Source of the DNA: an uncultured delta proteobacterium
GTDB taxonomy: Bacteria > Desulfobacterota > Desulfuromonadia > Geobacterales > DSM-12255
DNA: 64,000 bases
Reading direction: 5' to 3'
Assembly (NCBI GenBank): GCA_963787125.1
Contig: CAWBBV010000005.1
Coordinates: 1-64,000 of the forward strand
Part shown: in pieces, positions 42,150-54,182 of the stretch
Position numbering within the stretch: position 1 is the stretch's first letter
Layout of the letters: every line of letters begins with the position of its first letter
The notes under the pieces: generated by a model
The model's database searches: none
The model's input: the letters and a program-made list of their open reading frames with translations, nothing else
What the model was told of the DNA's origin: nothing
Translations under genes and position numbers: made by a program

Positions 42150-45149
42150 TTACCGCTCAGCCAGTTTTTGGGCCGCCAGCAGTTTGACCTTGGGCAAAAA
42201 TGAACTCATGAGCGGGGCGCTCTTCCCGGCACTCTGCGCCCGTGCCAGTTCAGCCCGGTAGAACCTGTCGATGCTTGCCATAATGTCGGCTGTCAGCTCC
42301 CTTGCGTCTTCCTCCCGCTGCAAGCCGATAAGCCGCTGCTTCCCGTATATATACTGAGTCGTCGTCTCCATGATCACCAGGGAGGCTCTTGCCGGAGCTT
42401 CGCGGCTGATGAGACTCGCCAGATTAATGCTGTTTGTATGACCATCCTGATCAAGCAGTTCAAATTTTATTTTCGCCAGCTCCTTGCCGGGCTGCTTTTT
42501 CTCGATCGCAGTGGTCCCGGCAAAAAACTTCCAGGGGGCATAGTCGGCATAATCGGTATCAAGTTCGGTGACGATCTGTTCAAATTCAGGCTCCCCCATT
42601 TTCTCCAGCAGGTAAAGCACATGAACTCTGTCAGTTAGCCGGGCGGCTTTATCCCAGGCTTGCCACTGTTTTTGCTGTTCCGGCCGCAGCGCTGTGCCAG
42701 TCGCCCGGGTCAGATACGAGCTTACGCTTTCCCGGAAACCGGCAAGACCGGCTATGTTGGCAGCAGTCAGGGCATATTTGCCGATGCTGCGCGGCGCTGA
42801 AAACTCCAGATAGAGATTATTGTCGCTGTTAATCCGGGCATCACGACTGTACTGCCTGATACCGCTATCGCCCATGACAAAACTGCTCAACAGCTCCTGA
42901 GCAGACCCCATCCCGAACAGACTCAGATCGGCGTGCACCTCTTTTTCATGGAGCCGCCGCTCCAGTTCATGCTCGTCAAGCATGAGCGGCGTGTTGCTGC
43001 CGATCAGGACGGCATCCTCTTGCGCATACCAGAGCATGGTATAGCGAAAAGCGCTGGCAAAGGTCTTCATAACCGACTTGATATTATCGGTGGATAGCTC
43101 GTAGAGCGGCAGCCACTGACAGGCGATGCCGCCGGGGTTCAAATGCTTTGCAGCGAGCGTGAAATACTCCCGCGAGTAAAGATAGCCTGCCCCGCTGAAC
43201 CAGGGGTGCACCGGATCGGCGGTGATGACGTCGAACCTCTCCTGTGAGGTCAGAAGGTAGTTGCGGCCGTCATTAAAAGCGATGCGGAGTTTGGGATTGT
43301 CGAGCACCTGGTGGTTGTAAATACCGAAGCTGCGGGTGACCCCCATCAGCTGCGGCTCTATTTCAGCCAGGGTTATCTGTTCGACTTCCGGATGAACGGA
43401 CGTGGCGCCAAGGGTCATGCCGGTGCCAGCCCCGAGGACGAAGACCCGCTGAGGACTTTTGTGCAGCAGCATCGGCAGGTGCCCCAGCATGAACTGCAGC
43501 TTCATGTCCTTGATATCGTTAGACGCTTCGATTCTGCCGTTGGTGATAAAGAACTGCTCGCCCCAGTTATGAATGGAGCTCACCAGCGCCTGCAGCCCCT
43601 CCCCGTGATATAAAACCTCAAAGTTGTTCAGAACGGTCTGAAACCGCTCGGAGCCGGTATCATCCCCCCGTTGGTAGATGGCAAAGATCTTCGGCTCCCA
43701 GAGACTCATGAGATTCGGGAACTGCACCTGTATCCCCACTGACATGAGCAGAAAGGCTATTGCTGCACTCAGAGCAGTTCTGCTTGTCCGGGTGCTGGCG
43801 ATAACCACCAGCCCCAGACCTATATTGATCAGTATTAACAGCTGGAGGGAACGCTGCAAACCGGCAAAGCTGAGCAGAAAATAGCCGCAGGTTGCCGCAC
43901 CGATGATATCTCCCAGCGTATTGCTGACAAGAACCCGGCCGATAATGCGGCTGGGAATCTGGCGGCGTTCGGTGAGAATGGCAACCGCCAGCGGAAAAGT
44001 GATCCCCATGAAAAACGCGGGGACAAACATGAGCGCCGTAATCAGGGTGAAGGTAGTCAGCTGTCGAATTTCAAAAGAGCTGCCATGATTGAACTTTAGC
44101 TGAAGAAAGTTGCCCAGCGAAGTCATGTAAGTTGTCATTTCATCCAGATGACTGGAAGCGAAATAGGCTGACACACCGATGATAATCTGCACCAGGCCAA
44201 AAGCGATGGTGGCGCCGCCTGGTCTGGCGGTCAGCCTGCGGCAGAGTTTACTGAGCTCGCCATAGGAGGCGCTGCCGCAGGCAAGACCGGTCAGAAACGC
44301 CATGAGCATGAGGGTAAAGGCGTAGACACTGGCTCCGGCGATAATGGAGAGGATCCGGGTCCAGAAGATTTCGTACCCCATGGCACAAAAACCGCTGATA
44401 CCGACCCCCCAGAGCACCACTCTTTCGGCGAAGTCCGGGGCGGAGCTGCTGACGGTCAGTGAGCCACCGTTAGCGCCTTGGGCAGGAAACTGTTCCCCGG
44501 CTGCTTCTGCCTGAACAGTCTCAGCCATCCTGTTGAGAATCAGGCAGAGCCCGCCAACCGTCAGATTAGTGATCAGCGCCGCAACCAGGGCGATAGTGAG
44601 CGAAAAGTACGGAATCAGGAGAAAGCCGGCAATGGCCGCACCCATGACTGCGCCAAAGGTGTTAATCGCATAAAGCAGTGAAACGCCGATCCCGAGCTGT
44701 CTGCCGTGGCCTGACAACAGATTGGCCAGTACCGGCAGTGTCCCTCCCATGAGGGTAGTGGGGATAATCAGAGCGACGCACGCCAGCGCCACCCGGATGA
44801 CGGTGAGATAGGTTATGGAGGTGGTATTGGTCTGTGCCAGGAAGATGTAGATCGGTTGATAATAGTGCATCAACCCCAAAAAGAGCAGGGCTGCCAGGGC
44901 GATGCCGAATTCAATGCCGGCATAAAGGATAAACAGCCTGGATTTTGCCGTGATTCTAGTGCCGAACAGGTAGCTGCCAAGGGCAAGCCCACCCATAAAT
45001 ACCACCAGCACCGTGGTAACTGCCAGATGGGAACCGCCAAAAATCAGGCAGAGATAGCGGGCCCAGACTATCTGGTAGATGAGCGCAGAAGCTCCGGAAA
45101 GGAGCAGCATGGCTGCAGCCAGGGCAAAGAACAGGGGACGGGTTATCAT
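42150..45149 (-). CDS. Fused multi-TM membrane domain and spermidine-synthase-like protein
   Basis: SGASALIYQIVW, LYAINTFGA, VLGAGTGMT, EIEP, DGRNYL, FDVITADP, QWLPLY. Confidence 0.88.
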   Translation of the reverse strand: MITRPLFFALAAAMLLLSGASALIYQIVWARYLCLIFGGSHLAVTTVLVVFMGGLALGSYLFGTRITAKSRLFILYAGIEFGIALAALLFLGLMHYYQPIYIFLAQTNTTSITYLTVIRVALACVALIIPTTLMGGTLPVLANLLSGHGRQLGIGVSLLYAINTFGAVMGAAIAGFLLIPYFSLTIALVAALITNLTVGGLCLILNRMAETVQAEAAGEQFPAQGANGGSLTVSSSAPDFAERVVLWGVGISGFCAMGYEIFWTRILSIIAGASVYAFTLMLMAFLTGLACGSASYGELSKLCRRLTARPGGATIAFGLVQIIIGVSAYFASSHLDEMTTYMTSLGNFLQLKFNHGSSFEIRQLTTFTLITALMFVPAFFMGITFPLAVAILTERRQIPSRIIGRVLVSNTLGDIIGAATCGYFLLSFAGLQRSLQLLILINIGLGLVVIASTRTSRTALSAAIAFLLMSVGIQVQFPNLMSLWEPKIFAIYQRGDDTGSERFQTVLNNFEVLYHGEGLQALVSSIHNWGEQFFITNGRIEASNDIKDMKLQFMLGHLPMLLHKSPQRVFVLGAGTGMTLGATSVHPEVEQITLAEIEPQLMGVTRSFGIYNHQVLDNPKLRIAFNDGRNYLLTSQERFDVITADPVHPWFSGAGYLYSREYFTLAAKHLNPGGIACQWLPLYELSTDNIKSVMKTFASAFRYTMLWYAQEDAVLIGSNTPLMLDEHELERRLHEKEVHADLSLFGMGSAQELLSSFVMGDSGIRQYSRDARINSDNNLYLEFSAPRSIGKYALTAANIAGLAGFRESVSSYLTRATGTALRPEQQKQWQAWDKAARLTDRVHVLYLLEKMGEPEFEQIVTELDTDYADYAPWKFFAGTTAIEKKQPGKELAKIKFELLDQDGHTNSINLASLISREAPARASLVIMETTTQYIYGKQRLIGLQREEDARELTADIMASIDRFYRAELARAQSAGKSAPLMSSFLPKVKLLAAQKLAER

Positions 45150-46390
45150 CTGTGGCGAGGATCCTTAATCAGCCACCTCACCCGCTCGACAACCGGCGGA
45201 TGCGAATAGTAAAACGCCGCATAGAAAGGGTGCGGATGCAGGTTGGCAAGATTTTCGCCGGAAAGCTTGACGAGCGCCGTTGCCATTGATTCCGGATCTG
45301 CGGTCAAGTCACTGGCGAATCTGTCCGCAGCATACTCCTGCCTCCTGGAGAGCCAGGCTGACAGGGGGGTTAAGGGGAAAAGCAGCAAAGAGACTACAAA
45401 GCCGAGCAGCACCATCCTGGCGGCAAGTGACAGCTCCGTATAACCAAGCAGTCCCGGCAGCCCTTCCCAGCCAAGTGCTTTAAAGGCGCCCCAGGAAGAG
45501 ATAAAGGCGATCCCTTCGGCGACAACCAGTCGTTTCCAGATATGGCCCAGCTTCCAGTGACCGATTTCATGGGCAAGGACTGCGACGATCTCCCGATGGT
45601 TCATCTGCTTGATCAGCGTATCATAAAGCACAATCCGCTTGAGCCGGCCGATACCGGTAAAATAGGCGTTGGAGTGGCCGCTCCGCTTGGAAGCGTCCAT
45701 CTGCATGACACTCCCGACCTTGAGGCCCGCCTTCGCCATCATCGCCCGGATCTCCTCCTCAAGCCCTGGCTCTGTCACCGGTTCGAACTTGTTGAACAGC
45801 GGTTCAATGACATAAGGGGAGATAAACATCATAAAGAGGGTAAAGAGCGCCATGAACCCCCAGACCCAGAGCCACCAATGGCCACTGCTCCACTGAATCA
45901 GGGCGAAGACAGCCCCGAGCACCAGTGACAGCAGGATTGCGCCTATCAGCTGGGATTTGAGCAGATCCGCCAGCCAGAGCCGCGGTGTGGTCTTGTTGAA
46001 GCCGTAGCGCGCCTCTACCACAAAGGTGCTGTAGAGCGAGAACGGCAGCTCCAGAATCGTCTGGACAAAGGTGAGCAGCAGGAAAAAAACGACCCCCTGA
46101 ATGATGAAGGAGCCGCTCAGAGTGATGATGAAATGATCAAAGGTAGCCAGCAGCCCGGCAAACAGGAACAGTACCAGGAGGAGATTATCGAAAAGCGAAC
46201 CCCAGAGCCCGAGACGGCTGCTCTCAAAGGTGTAGGCCGATGTTTTTTCCAGAGTTTCGCTGGTCACCAGCTCTTCAAAACCTGCGGGGACCTCTGAGCC
46301 ATGGAGTTTCAAATGGTTCAGGTTGATATGGCGGAGCCAGTAGGTGAAGGCGGTGGTGGCGGTGAAGAAACAAAATAGTAAGGCTTTCAT
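45146..46390 (-). CDS. M48 family (Ste24-like) metallopeptidase
   Basis: SNAYFTG, AHEIGH, EYAADRF, YSHPP. Confidence 0.93.
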   Translation of the reverse strand: MKALLFCFFTATTAFTYWLRHINLNHLKLHGSEVPAGFEELVTSETLEKTSAYTFESSRLGLWGSLFDNLLLVLFLFAGLLATFDHFIITLSGSFIIQGVVFFLLLTFVQTILELPFSLYSTFVVEARYGFNKTTPRLWLADLLKSQLIGAILLSLVLGAVFALIQWSSGHWWLWVWGFMALFTLFMMFISPYVIEPLFNKFEPVTEPGLEEEIRAMMAKAGLKVGSVMQMDASKRSGHSNAYFTGIGRLKRIVLYDTLIKQMNHREIVAVLAHEIGHWKLGHIWKRLVVAEGIAFISSWGAFKALGWEGLPGLLGYTELSLAARMVLLGFVVSLLLFPLTPLSAWLSRRQEYAADRFASDLTADPESMATALVKLSGENLANLHPHPFYAAFYYSHPPVVERVRWLIKDPRHR

Positions 46391-46408
46391 AACGTCCTTT
46401 TGCTGAAG

Positions 46409-47308
46409 CTACAGCCGGATCAGATCTACATGCTCTTCCTCATGGGGGTTGATATGAATCATGACATCGCCCATATTGGGGTAACTGTCAAAAATGACTT
46501 TTTTAACCGCCGTCGCAATGCGATGGGACTCTTTCACCGTCATCTCCGGATCCATGTCCAGCTTGAGATCAATAATCAGATACTGCCCGGAGCGCCGCCC
46601 TTTTATTTCGTGAACATGTTCAACCCCGTTCACCTCTTCAGCCAGCGCTGTTATGGCTGCAAGAACGGTTTCATCGGTCTGACCGTCCATGAGATCATGG
46701 GCAGCGCTTTTAAAGGTTTCCCAGCCGATATGAAAGATAAAAAAGGAGGTCAGTCCGGCGGCAAGCGGGTCCATTATGGCTATTCCGAAATAGGCGGCGC
46801 TGACACCTATGAGGGTCGCCACGGAAGTGACGGCATCTTTTCGGTGATCTTTGGCAACAGCAAGCAGCGCGGGACTCTCCAGACTGCTGCCGGTCTTCAT
46901 GGAGAAGCGGTAAAGCCACTCCTTGATAAGGATGGTCAGAAAAGCCGCAACCACGGCAATCATCTGGGGCGGAGAATATTCGGCCCTGATAATCGTCATC
47001 ACCGAGTTGTATAGAATCCAGCCGCCGGTGCCGAAAATGACCAGGGAGACAATCACCGCTGAAAGGCTTTCTGCCCGGCCATGGCCATAGGGGTGATTCG
47101 CGTCGTATGGTTTACGGCCAATCTTGAGAGCAATCATGGTTGAACCTATGGCAATAAAGTCACAGGCGCTCTCCATACCGTCGGCAAAAACAGCTTCCGA
47201 GCCGCCAAAATAGCCGGCTGAGAGCTTCATAATCATCAAAAGGGCGTTGACCCAAAACCCGATAGCAATTATCCGGTCCGCCCTGCCGAACCGCTCACTC
47301 CTCTCCAT
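46409..47308 (-). CDS. Cation diffusion facilitator transporter
   Basis: HPYGHGRAE, DHRKD, C-terminal dimerisation domain. Confidence 0.92.
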   Translation of the reverse strand: MERSERFGRADRIIAIGFWVNALLMIMKLSAGYFGGSEAVFADGMESACDFIAIGSTMIALKIGRKPYDANHPYGHGRAESLSAVIVSLVIFGTGGWILYNSVMTIIRAEYSPPQMIAVVAAFLTILIKEWLYRFSMKTGSSLESPALLAVAKDHRKDAVTSVATLIGVSAAYFGIAIMDPLAAGLTSFFIFHIGWETFKSAAHDLMDGQTDETVLAAITALAEEVNGVEHVHEIKGRRSGQYLIIDLKLDMDPEMTVKESHRIATAVKKVIFDSYPNMGDVMIHINPHEEEHVDLIRL

Positions 47309-49031
47309 CTAAACCTCCGGAACTGCGGATATCTTTAAGTTTCAATTGGATGCTTTCCCGGTTTTTCCAGACATTTATCTCCGGGGTGAAAACTATATCA
47401 ACAAGCTCGCTCACGGGCAACTTCCCCGCCATTTTAAAACCGATGGCATCGATGACGCCGCCATTGATCTGCAGGCCGAGCTTGAGGTGAGCATCTTTTA
47501 TCAACCGGGCGCTGACAACCGGCACCCTTTTCAGCAGGAAAAGCGGTTCCGGATTCCCCATCCCATGGGGCTTGAGGCTTGCCAGCATTGTGATGAGCAG
47601 CCTGTCAACATCTGCCGGCACCAGTTCGGCATCAATTGCAAGCTGCGGGACCAGATCTTCCGGGGTGAGGTTGGCAGCTGCATAGGCGTCGAAGGTGTCA
47701 TAGAAGGAGAGCAGCTTTTCTTGCTGAATAGCAACCCCTGCTGCCTGCTGATGGCCGCCGAATTTAAGCAGATGCGCTGCTGACGCTGAAAGCGCATTGA
47801 AAAGATGAAACGCCGGAATACTCCGCCCCGACCCCTTCCCTTCTCCATTGTTCAGCGCGATAAGAATAGTCGGCCTGTGGCAACGCTCAACGACACGCGC
47901 AGCGACTATGCCGATAACGCCCGGGTGCCAGTTTTCCGACGCCATGACAACCGCGGTCCGGCCGTTAAGAGTTGCGTCACTCTCCAGCCGCTCAAGGGCT
48001 TCGGCCAGGATCTCACGTTCAATCTCCTGCCGCTCACTGTTGGCTGCATCAAGTTCACCGGCAAGCGAATCGGCAAGCTGAATGTCTGCGGTGAGCAGCA
48101 GCTCCACCCCTCGCTTGGCGTCATCCAGGCGACCAGCCGCATTAAGCCTCGGCGCCAAACGGAAGCCGACATCGACGACGCTGATCTCCCCTGTGACGGC
48201 AGAGACTCTCTTCAAAGCTTCCAATCCTGCCCGTCCGGACTTTGCCAGCTCTTTCAGTCCGAACAGGGCAATTACCCTGTTCTCGCCGACGAGCGGCACA
48301 AGGTCGGCAATTGTCCCAAGGGTAACCAGATCGAGGTACTCTCTCAGGTTCGGTTCCGGCTGCTGCGCGAAAAAACCTCTGCTCCTGAGGCGACTCCTGA
48401 GTGCCATTGCCAGCTTGAACGCCAGCCCGACTCCGGCAAACTTCTGAAAAGGGGCAGTGCATCCCGGCTGGAGTGGATTAATGACTGCAAAAGCTGCCGG
48501 AATTGTTTCTCCTGGGGTATGATGGTCGGTAATAATCAGATCCATACCTGTCTCGCTGCAATACTGCGCCTCTTTGACCGAGGTGATGCCACAGTCGACA
48601 GTAATCAGCACCGTTGCACCAAGCCGTTTGGCTTCGTCAACCCCCTCAAAAGATAAGCCGTAACCATCTTCCAGCCTGTTAGGAATGACATAGCAGACCG
48701 GAATATGGACTGCTCTTAGAAAAGCTGTTAAAAGCACTACCGCTGTGACGCCGTCGACATCATAATCGCCATGAATGCAGACAGTTTCTTGAGCTGTTTT
48801 AGCCTGGATAAGCCGCTCAACCGCCTGTTCTACGCCCTTCATAAGGAAAGGATCACTCAAGGAGGAGAGCTTCGGGGCCAGAAATTCAGCTGCCTGGGCC
48901 GCGGTTCGAATCCCCCTGTTTACCAGCAACTGCGCCTGCAAAGGCGGGATTTTGGCATTTCTGGAAAGTTCTGCAACTATTTCCGGCTCACTGTTTTTCA
49001 GGCGCCAGCAACGCTCTAAATTCTGTTTCAC
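47295..49031 (-). CDS. recJ: ssDNA exonuclease RecJ
   Basis: GDYDVDG, TVDCG, TDHH, PRLNAAGR, FGGH; likely GTG at 49031. Confidence 0.95.
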   Translation of the reverse strand: MKQNLERCWRLKNSEPEIVAELSRNAKIPPLQAQLLVNRGIRTAAQAAEFLAPKLSSLSDPFLMKGVEQAVERLIQAKTAQETVCIHGDYDVDGVTAVVLLTAFLRAVHIPVCYVIPNRLEDGYGLSFEGVDEAKRLGATVLITVDCGITSVKEAQYCSETGMDLIITDHHTPGETIPAAFAVINPLQPGCTAPFQKFAGVGLAFKLAMALRSRLRSRGFFAQQPEPNLREYLDLVTLGTIADLVPLVGENRVIALFGLKELAKSGRAGLEALKRVSAVTGEISVVDVGFRLAPRLNAAGRLDDAKRGVELLLTADIQLADSLAGELDAANSERQEIEREILAEALERLESDATLNGRTAVVMASENWHPGVIGIVAARVVERCHRPTILIALNNGEGKGSGRSIPAFHLFNALSASAAHLLKFGGHQQAAGVAIQQEKLLSFYDTFDAYAAANLTPEDLVPQLAIDAELVPADVDRLLITMLASLKPHGMGNPEPLFLLKRVPVVSARLIKDAHLKLGLQINGGVIDAIGFKMAGKLPVSELVDIVFTPEINVWKNRESIQLKLKDIRSSGGLDGEE

Positions 49032-49073
49032 GGAATCACTCCTAACCCTTAAAACCCTGATGACACCTCTTTT

Positions 49074-49161
49074 GTAGGGGTGCCCCTCGTGGGTACCCGC
49101 TTTGGTCTTATGCCGGTTTGAGCGGAGATAAAACCTGGGCGGGCACAAGACCCGCCCCTAC
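49074..49161. repeat. GTAG-type REP doublet
   Basis: GTAGGGGTGCCCCTCGTGGGTACCC and inverted GGGCGGGCACAAGACCCGCCCCTAC. Confidence 0.75.
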
Positions 49162-49165
49162 AAAA

Positions 49166-49190
49166 AAAATCCCCGCAAAAAGCGGGGATT
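49166..49190 (-). terminator. Intrinsic terminator
   Basis: AATCCCCGC-aaaaa-GCGGGGATT with a T-run on the minus strand. Confidence 0.7.
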
Positions 49191-49197
49191 CTATAGT

Positions 49198-49794
49198 CTA
49201 TTTCCAGTTACCTGTTTTTGGTGGGCCGCCACCGGCTTTCAGCTCTTCGACCATGGCCTTTACCTGCTGCCCTTGCGGGCTCATGGCGTCAAGGACAAGA
49301 TAGCGCTGCCAGGCAGCAATAGCTTTATCCTTCTGCTTGAGGTCATTTGAGTAGACCACACCAAGATTGAAAAGACTCTGGGCATGCTTGGGATCCAGCT
49401 TATTCGCTTTTTCAAAGTTTTCCACGGCTTTGTCGAAAAGCCCCATCTTCCGGTACATAACCCCTTGATCAGTCAGCAGATTCGGAGCGCTCTGATTCAG
49501 AGGTTCGAGCTCAAGAGCTTTTGCGTAGGCATTGACAGCTTTTTGGGGTTGCTCTGTATCAAAATAGTCGTTGGCGAGTTGAACCCAGGCTTTGTAATTT
49601 TTCGGGTCCTGAGTGACGATTTTTTCAGCTTCAATGATCCGCTGGGTATAGTCAGAAGGAGAACCATTACCCATCGGGACTGACGCTGGCGCCTCAGCAT
49701 TTTTGTTCTTATTGGCAACACTGAAGATAAGAAATCCGCCCAAAAGGCCGACCAGAAGTGCAACAATTATATAAACCAGATTCTCCTGTTTCAC
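49198..49794 (-). CDS. Membrane-anchored TPR protein
   Basis: AGGAGG RBS and GTG at 49794; TM followed by TPRs (AWVQLANDYFD, SLFNLGVVY). Confidence 0.85.
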   Translation of the reverse strand: MKQENLVYIIVALLVGLLGGFLIFSVANKNKNAEAPASVPMGNGSPSDYTQRIIEAEKIVTQDPKNYKAWVQLANDYFDTEQPQKAVNAYAKALELEPLNQSAPNLLTDQGVMYRKMGLFDKAVENFEKANKLDPKHAQSLFNLGVVYSNDLKQKDKAIAAWQRYLVLDAMSPQGQQVKAMVEELKAGGGPPKTGNWK

Positions 49795-49885
49795 GAAAAC
49801 ATCCTCCTTAGCAAGTTGGAAGTTATTTCCTGCGCGTTTGAGGCAGAAAATAACTTCGTTGACACACTTAGCCTGCTTGTCAGGG

Positions 49886-50794
49886 TCAAGCTTTTGCTTG
49901 AATACCGCGCTCTTCCCAGAGAGACACAATCGGACTGGCAACAAAAACAGATGAATAGGTGCCGACAAGAACACCAATCAGCAGAGCAAAGGCAAAATCA
50001 TGGATCACTTCGCCACCGAACACAAAAAGCGAACATGCCGCCAGAAAAACAGTCAGAGAAGTTACAATCGACCGGGAAAGCACTTCATTAATACTACGGT
50101 TAAAAATTACGTGCATCGATTCCTTGAGATTCTTATGCAGATTTTCGCGGATCCGGTCGAAGACAACAATCGTATCGGTGAGCGAGTAGCCGGCGATGGT
50201 GAGCACAGCAGTAATGAAAAGGAGATTCATCTCCTTGTTCATAAGGTAAAAGACTGCGAACATCGCCAGGATATCATGAGCAGTGGCAATTATGGCGCCG
50301 ACTCCAAACTTTGAATCAAACCGCCAGGCGATGTAGATGATGATACCGATCATTGAAATAACAATAGCAGTCAGGGTGTCGGTGCGAAGTTTGTCGCCGA
50401 TTGAAGGCCCTATTTCGGTAGAGCTTTCAACGATGAACTGATTACCGGGAATCTCTTTCTTGAATGCATCCTCAATGGCATCAGCAACTTTACCGGTTGC
50501 AAGGGTCGTTTTACCGACTTTTATCAGGAGTTTATTCGCGTCCTTGATATCCTGGAGGCTTGCATCCTTCAGATTGTGCTTTGCCAGAGCCTCACGCGCC
50601 TTGTCAATGCTGACAGCCTGAGTAAACTTGAGCTGGACAGCTGTTCCGCCGGAAAAATCGATCCCCATATTGGCAGCACCACGCGCCATCTGGATAATGC
50701 CGATGAGTCCGACTATGGCTATAATTGAGGAGATGATGAAGGATACCTTCCTCATTCCAATAAAATCTATTTTTGTTTTGCCGATAAGTTCCAT
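49886..50794 (-). CDS. secF: Protein translocase subunit SecF
   Basis: GIDFSGG, GYSLTDTIVVFDRIRE. Confidence 0.96.
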   Translation of the reverse strand: MELIGKTKIDFIGMRKVSFIISSIIAIVGLIGIIQMARGAANMGIDFSGGTAVQLKFTQAVSIDKAREALAKHNLKDASLQDIKDANKLLIKVGKTTLATGKVADAIEDAFKKEIPGNQFIVESSTEIGPSIGDKLRTDTLTAIVISMIGIIIYIAWRFDSKFGVGAIIATAHDILAMFAVFYLMNKEMNLLFITAVLTIAGYSLTDTIVVFDRIRENLHKNLKESMHVIFNRSINEVLSRSIVTSLTVFLAACSLFVFGGEVIHDFAFALLIGVLVGTYSSVFVASPIVSLWEERGIQAKA

Positions 50795-50802
50795 GGTTCC
50801 CC

Positions 50803-52413
50803 CTAAATGCTCATTCTCTTCACGTTCATTCTATTGAGCGCGAAGTCAAAGACCACTTTGGTGGCCACTAGAGACGTAAACAGGTTGATTATGATACCGA
50901 GACTTAAAGAGACCGCAAAGCCTTTGACCGGGCCGGTACCGAACTGAAAGAGAACTGCTGCGGTTATCAAGGTGGTTACGTGGGAGTCCATGATCGTCAG
51001 GAACGCCTTGTCGTAACCGGCGTCAACTGCCGCTATCGGCGGCTTGCCAAGACGCAGCTCTTCACGGATCCGTTCGAAGATAAGGACGTTGGCATCAACC
51101 GACATACCGATCAACAGGACGATAGCAGCAATACCCGGCAGGGTCAGAGTAGCTCCGAGAGCAGCCAGCGCCCCCATAAGGAAGATGATGTTCAGCACCA
51201 TGCCGTAGTTTGCCACCAGACCGCAAACTTTGTAATAGATCGTCATAAAAACGACAACAAGAAGAACGCCGATCAGACCGGCTGACAGCCCTTTTTTGAT
51301 TGAGTCCTGTCCAAGGGATGGCCCGACGGTAACGTTCTGGATAATCTTTACCGGCGCAGGGAGTGAGCCGGCACGCAGAATTATGGAAAGATCGGCTGCA
51401 TCCTTATCGGTAAAAGAACCGGAAATCTGGGCGCTACCACCTGAGATTCTCTCCCGGATTACCGGGGCAGAGTAGATGGTGTTATCCAGAACGACAGCGA
51501 AGCGCTTACCCACATTGGCAGCAGTCACCTGGTCGAAGAGTCGGGCGCCGGTAGAGTTGAATTCTATGGCAACGTAAGGCTGGTTGAACTGGGAATCAAT
51601 CCTTACCTGGGCATCTGTGAGCAGATCACCGGTAATGATTGCTTTCTTCTTTACTACCAGCGGAATTTCAGAAACGGCACCGGTTGTCGGATCGATCTTC
51701 TTCTCAGTGAGAAGCTCATCGTCTTCAGGCACGGAACCAGGAGTGGCAATGGCAGGATTTACATTTTCATCAACGAGCTTGAACTCAAGCCGGGCGGTCT
51801 TGCCGATCAGCTCGATGGCGCGCTTTGGATCCTTGATACCGGGGAGCTGGACAACAATGTTAGTCAACCCCTCTCTGGCAATGATCGGCTCGGAAACACC
51901 AAACTGGTCTATCCTGTTGCGAATGGTTTCAAGCGCCTGGGAAACAGACTTGTCCTTGCGGTCAGCGGCAATCTTTTCATTCATCCGGATCTGCAGCACA
52001 GTGAAACCACCCTCTTCAAACTGGGGCAGGAGTTCCATTTCCGGATACTTCTTTTTGATCATCGCCTGCACTGTCTCAAGAGTCCCCTTGTCATAAAGAG
52101 TCATCTTGACCTTGTCACCACCTTCTCTGGCGATACGTTTGAAGCGCAGGGTCTGGGCGGTAAGCGAATCCTCAAGATCCGTGGCAATAAGGTCCAGCGC
52201 CCCTTCAACAGCCTTGGGAGTATCAACCTCCATTATGAGGTGGGAGCCACCTTGAAGGTCAAGCCCCAGATGAATCTTCTCTTTCGGCAGGATTCCGCTC
52301 CACCAGGACGGCAGTTTGGGGACAAGGGTCGGTGTCATGTAGACAACCGACAGAACAAGGAAAGCGACAATCAAGAGAAAGCGCCAGTTAAATCCTTTTG
52401 GCATTCCGGGCAC
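50803..52413 (-). CDS. secD: Protein translocase subunit SecD
   Basis: LGLDLQGG, RIDQFGVSEP, VDANVLIFERIREE. Confidence 0.96.
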   Translation of the reverse strand: MPGMPKGFNWRFLLIVAFLVLSVVYMTPTLVPKLPSWWSGILPKEKIHLGLDLQGGSHLIMEVDTPKAVEGALDLIATDLEDSLTAQTLRFKRIAREGGDKVKMTLYDKGTLETVQAMIKKKYPEMELLPQFEEGGFTVLQIRMNEKIAADRKDKSVSQALETIRNRIDQFGVSEPIIAREGLTNIVVQLPGIKDPKRAIELIGKTARLEFKLVDENVNPAIATPGSVPEDDELLTEKKIDPTTGAVSEIPLVVKKKAIITGDLLTDAQVRIDSQFNQPYVAIEFNSTGARLFDQVTAANVGKRFAVVLDNTIYSAPVIRERISGGSAQISGSFTDKDAADLSIILRAGSLPAPVKIIQNVTVGPSLGQDSIKKGLSAGLIGVLLVVVFMTIYYKVCGLVANYGMVLNIIFLMGALAALGATLTLPGIAAIVLLIGMSVDANVLIFERIREELRLGKPPIAAVDAGYDKAFLTIMDSHVTTLITAAVLFQFGTGPVKGFAVSLSLGIIINLFTSLVATKVVFDFALNRMNVKRMSI

Positions 52414-52448
52414 TCCTTTTTTTAGTATAGTGAATATTTACAAAAGGT

Positions 52449-52769
52449 TTATTTATTAATAATTGCGGCGATATGGCCTTTATTGAACTTGATGTTGACA
52501 TTGTTGGCAACTTCCAGTGTTACGATATTTTCATCAACAGCGGTGACCTTGCCGTGCATACCACCGGCAGTTACGACCTGATCCCCTTTTTTGAGCGATT
52601 CCAAAAGTGCTTTATGCTCTTTTGCCTTTTTCTGCTGCGGGCGGATAAGCAGAAAGTAGAAAATTCCGAACATGATAACCAGCGGAACCATGCTCGTAAT
52701 CGCCGACTGTCCACTGCCACCGGTGGCACCGCCAAGAGGTGTGCCCATTGCAAATGCCAAACCGATCAT
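52449..52769 (-). CDS. yajC: Preprotein translocase subunit YajC
   Basis: FYFLLIRPQQK...GDQVVTAGG. Confidence 0.95.
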   Translation of the reverse strand: MIGLAFAMGTPLGGATGGSGQSAITSMVPLVIMFGIFYFLLIRPQQKKAKEHKALLESLKKGDQVVTAGGMHGKVTAVDENIVTLEVANNVNIKFNKGHIAAIINK

Positions 52770-52838
52770 TTATTGTCCTCCGAAAAAATATTAGATTCTT
52801 TTTTGAATCATGGATATTGCCTCAAAACAGCTCGAATA

Positions 52839-53981
<1,143 letters not shown>

Positions 53982-54036
53982 TTACTGCCTGACAAAGAAA
54001 AAGCACCTGCGTATGAACGCAAGTGCTTTGATTATT

Positions 54037-54111
54037 TGGAGGCGACGGGCGGATTTGAACCGCCGAATAAAGGTTTTGCAGACCTTTGCCTTACCACTTG
54101 GCGACGTCGCC
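54037..54111 (-). tRNA. tRNA-Cys(GCA)
   Basis: Cloverleaf with AAAGG-TCTGCAAAA-CCTTT arm and CCA; TTGACA-17-TATAAA promoter at 54139-54167; hairpin at ~54000-54029. Confidence 0.93.
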
Positions 54112-54182
54112 GAAACTATGCAGTTTCAAAGAATGCTTTTTATACCCTGTTTGGAAAATGGTGTCAATGCTGAATTGCATTT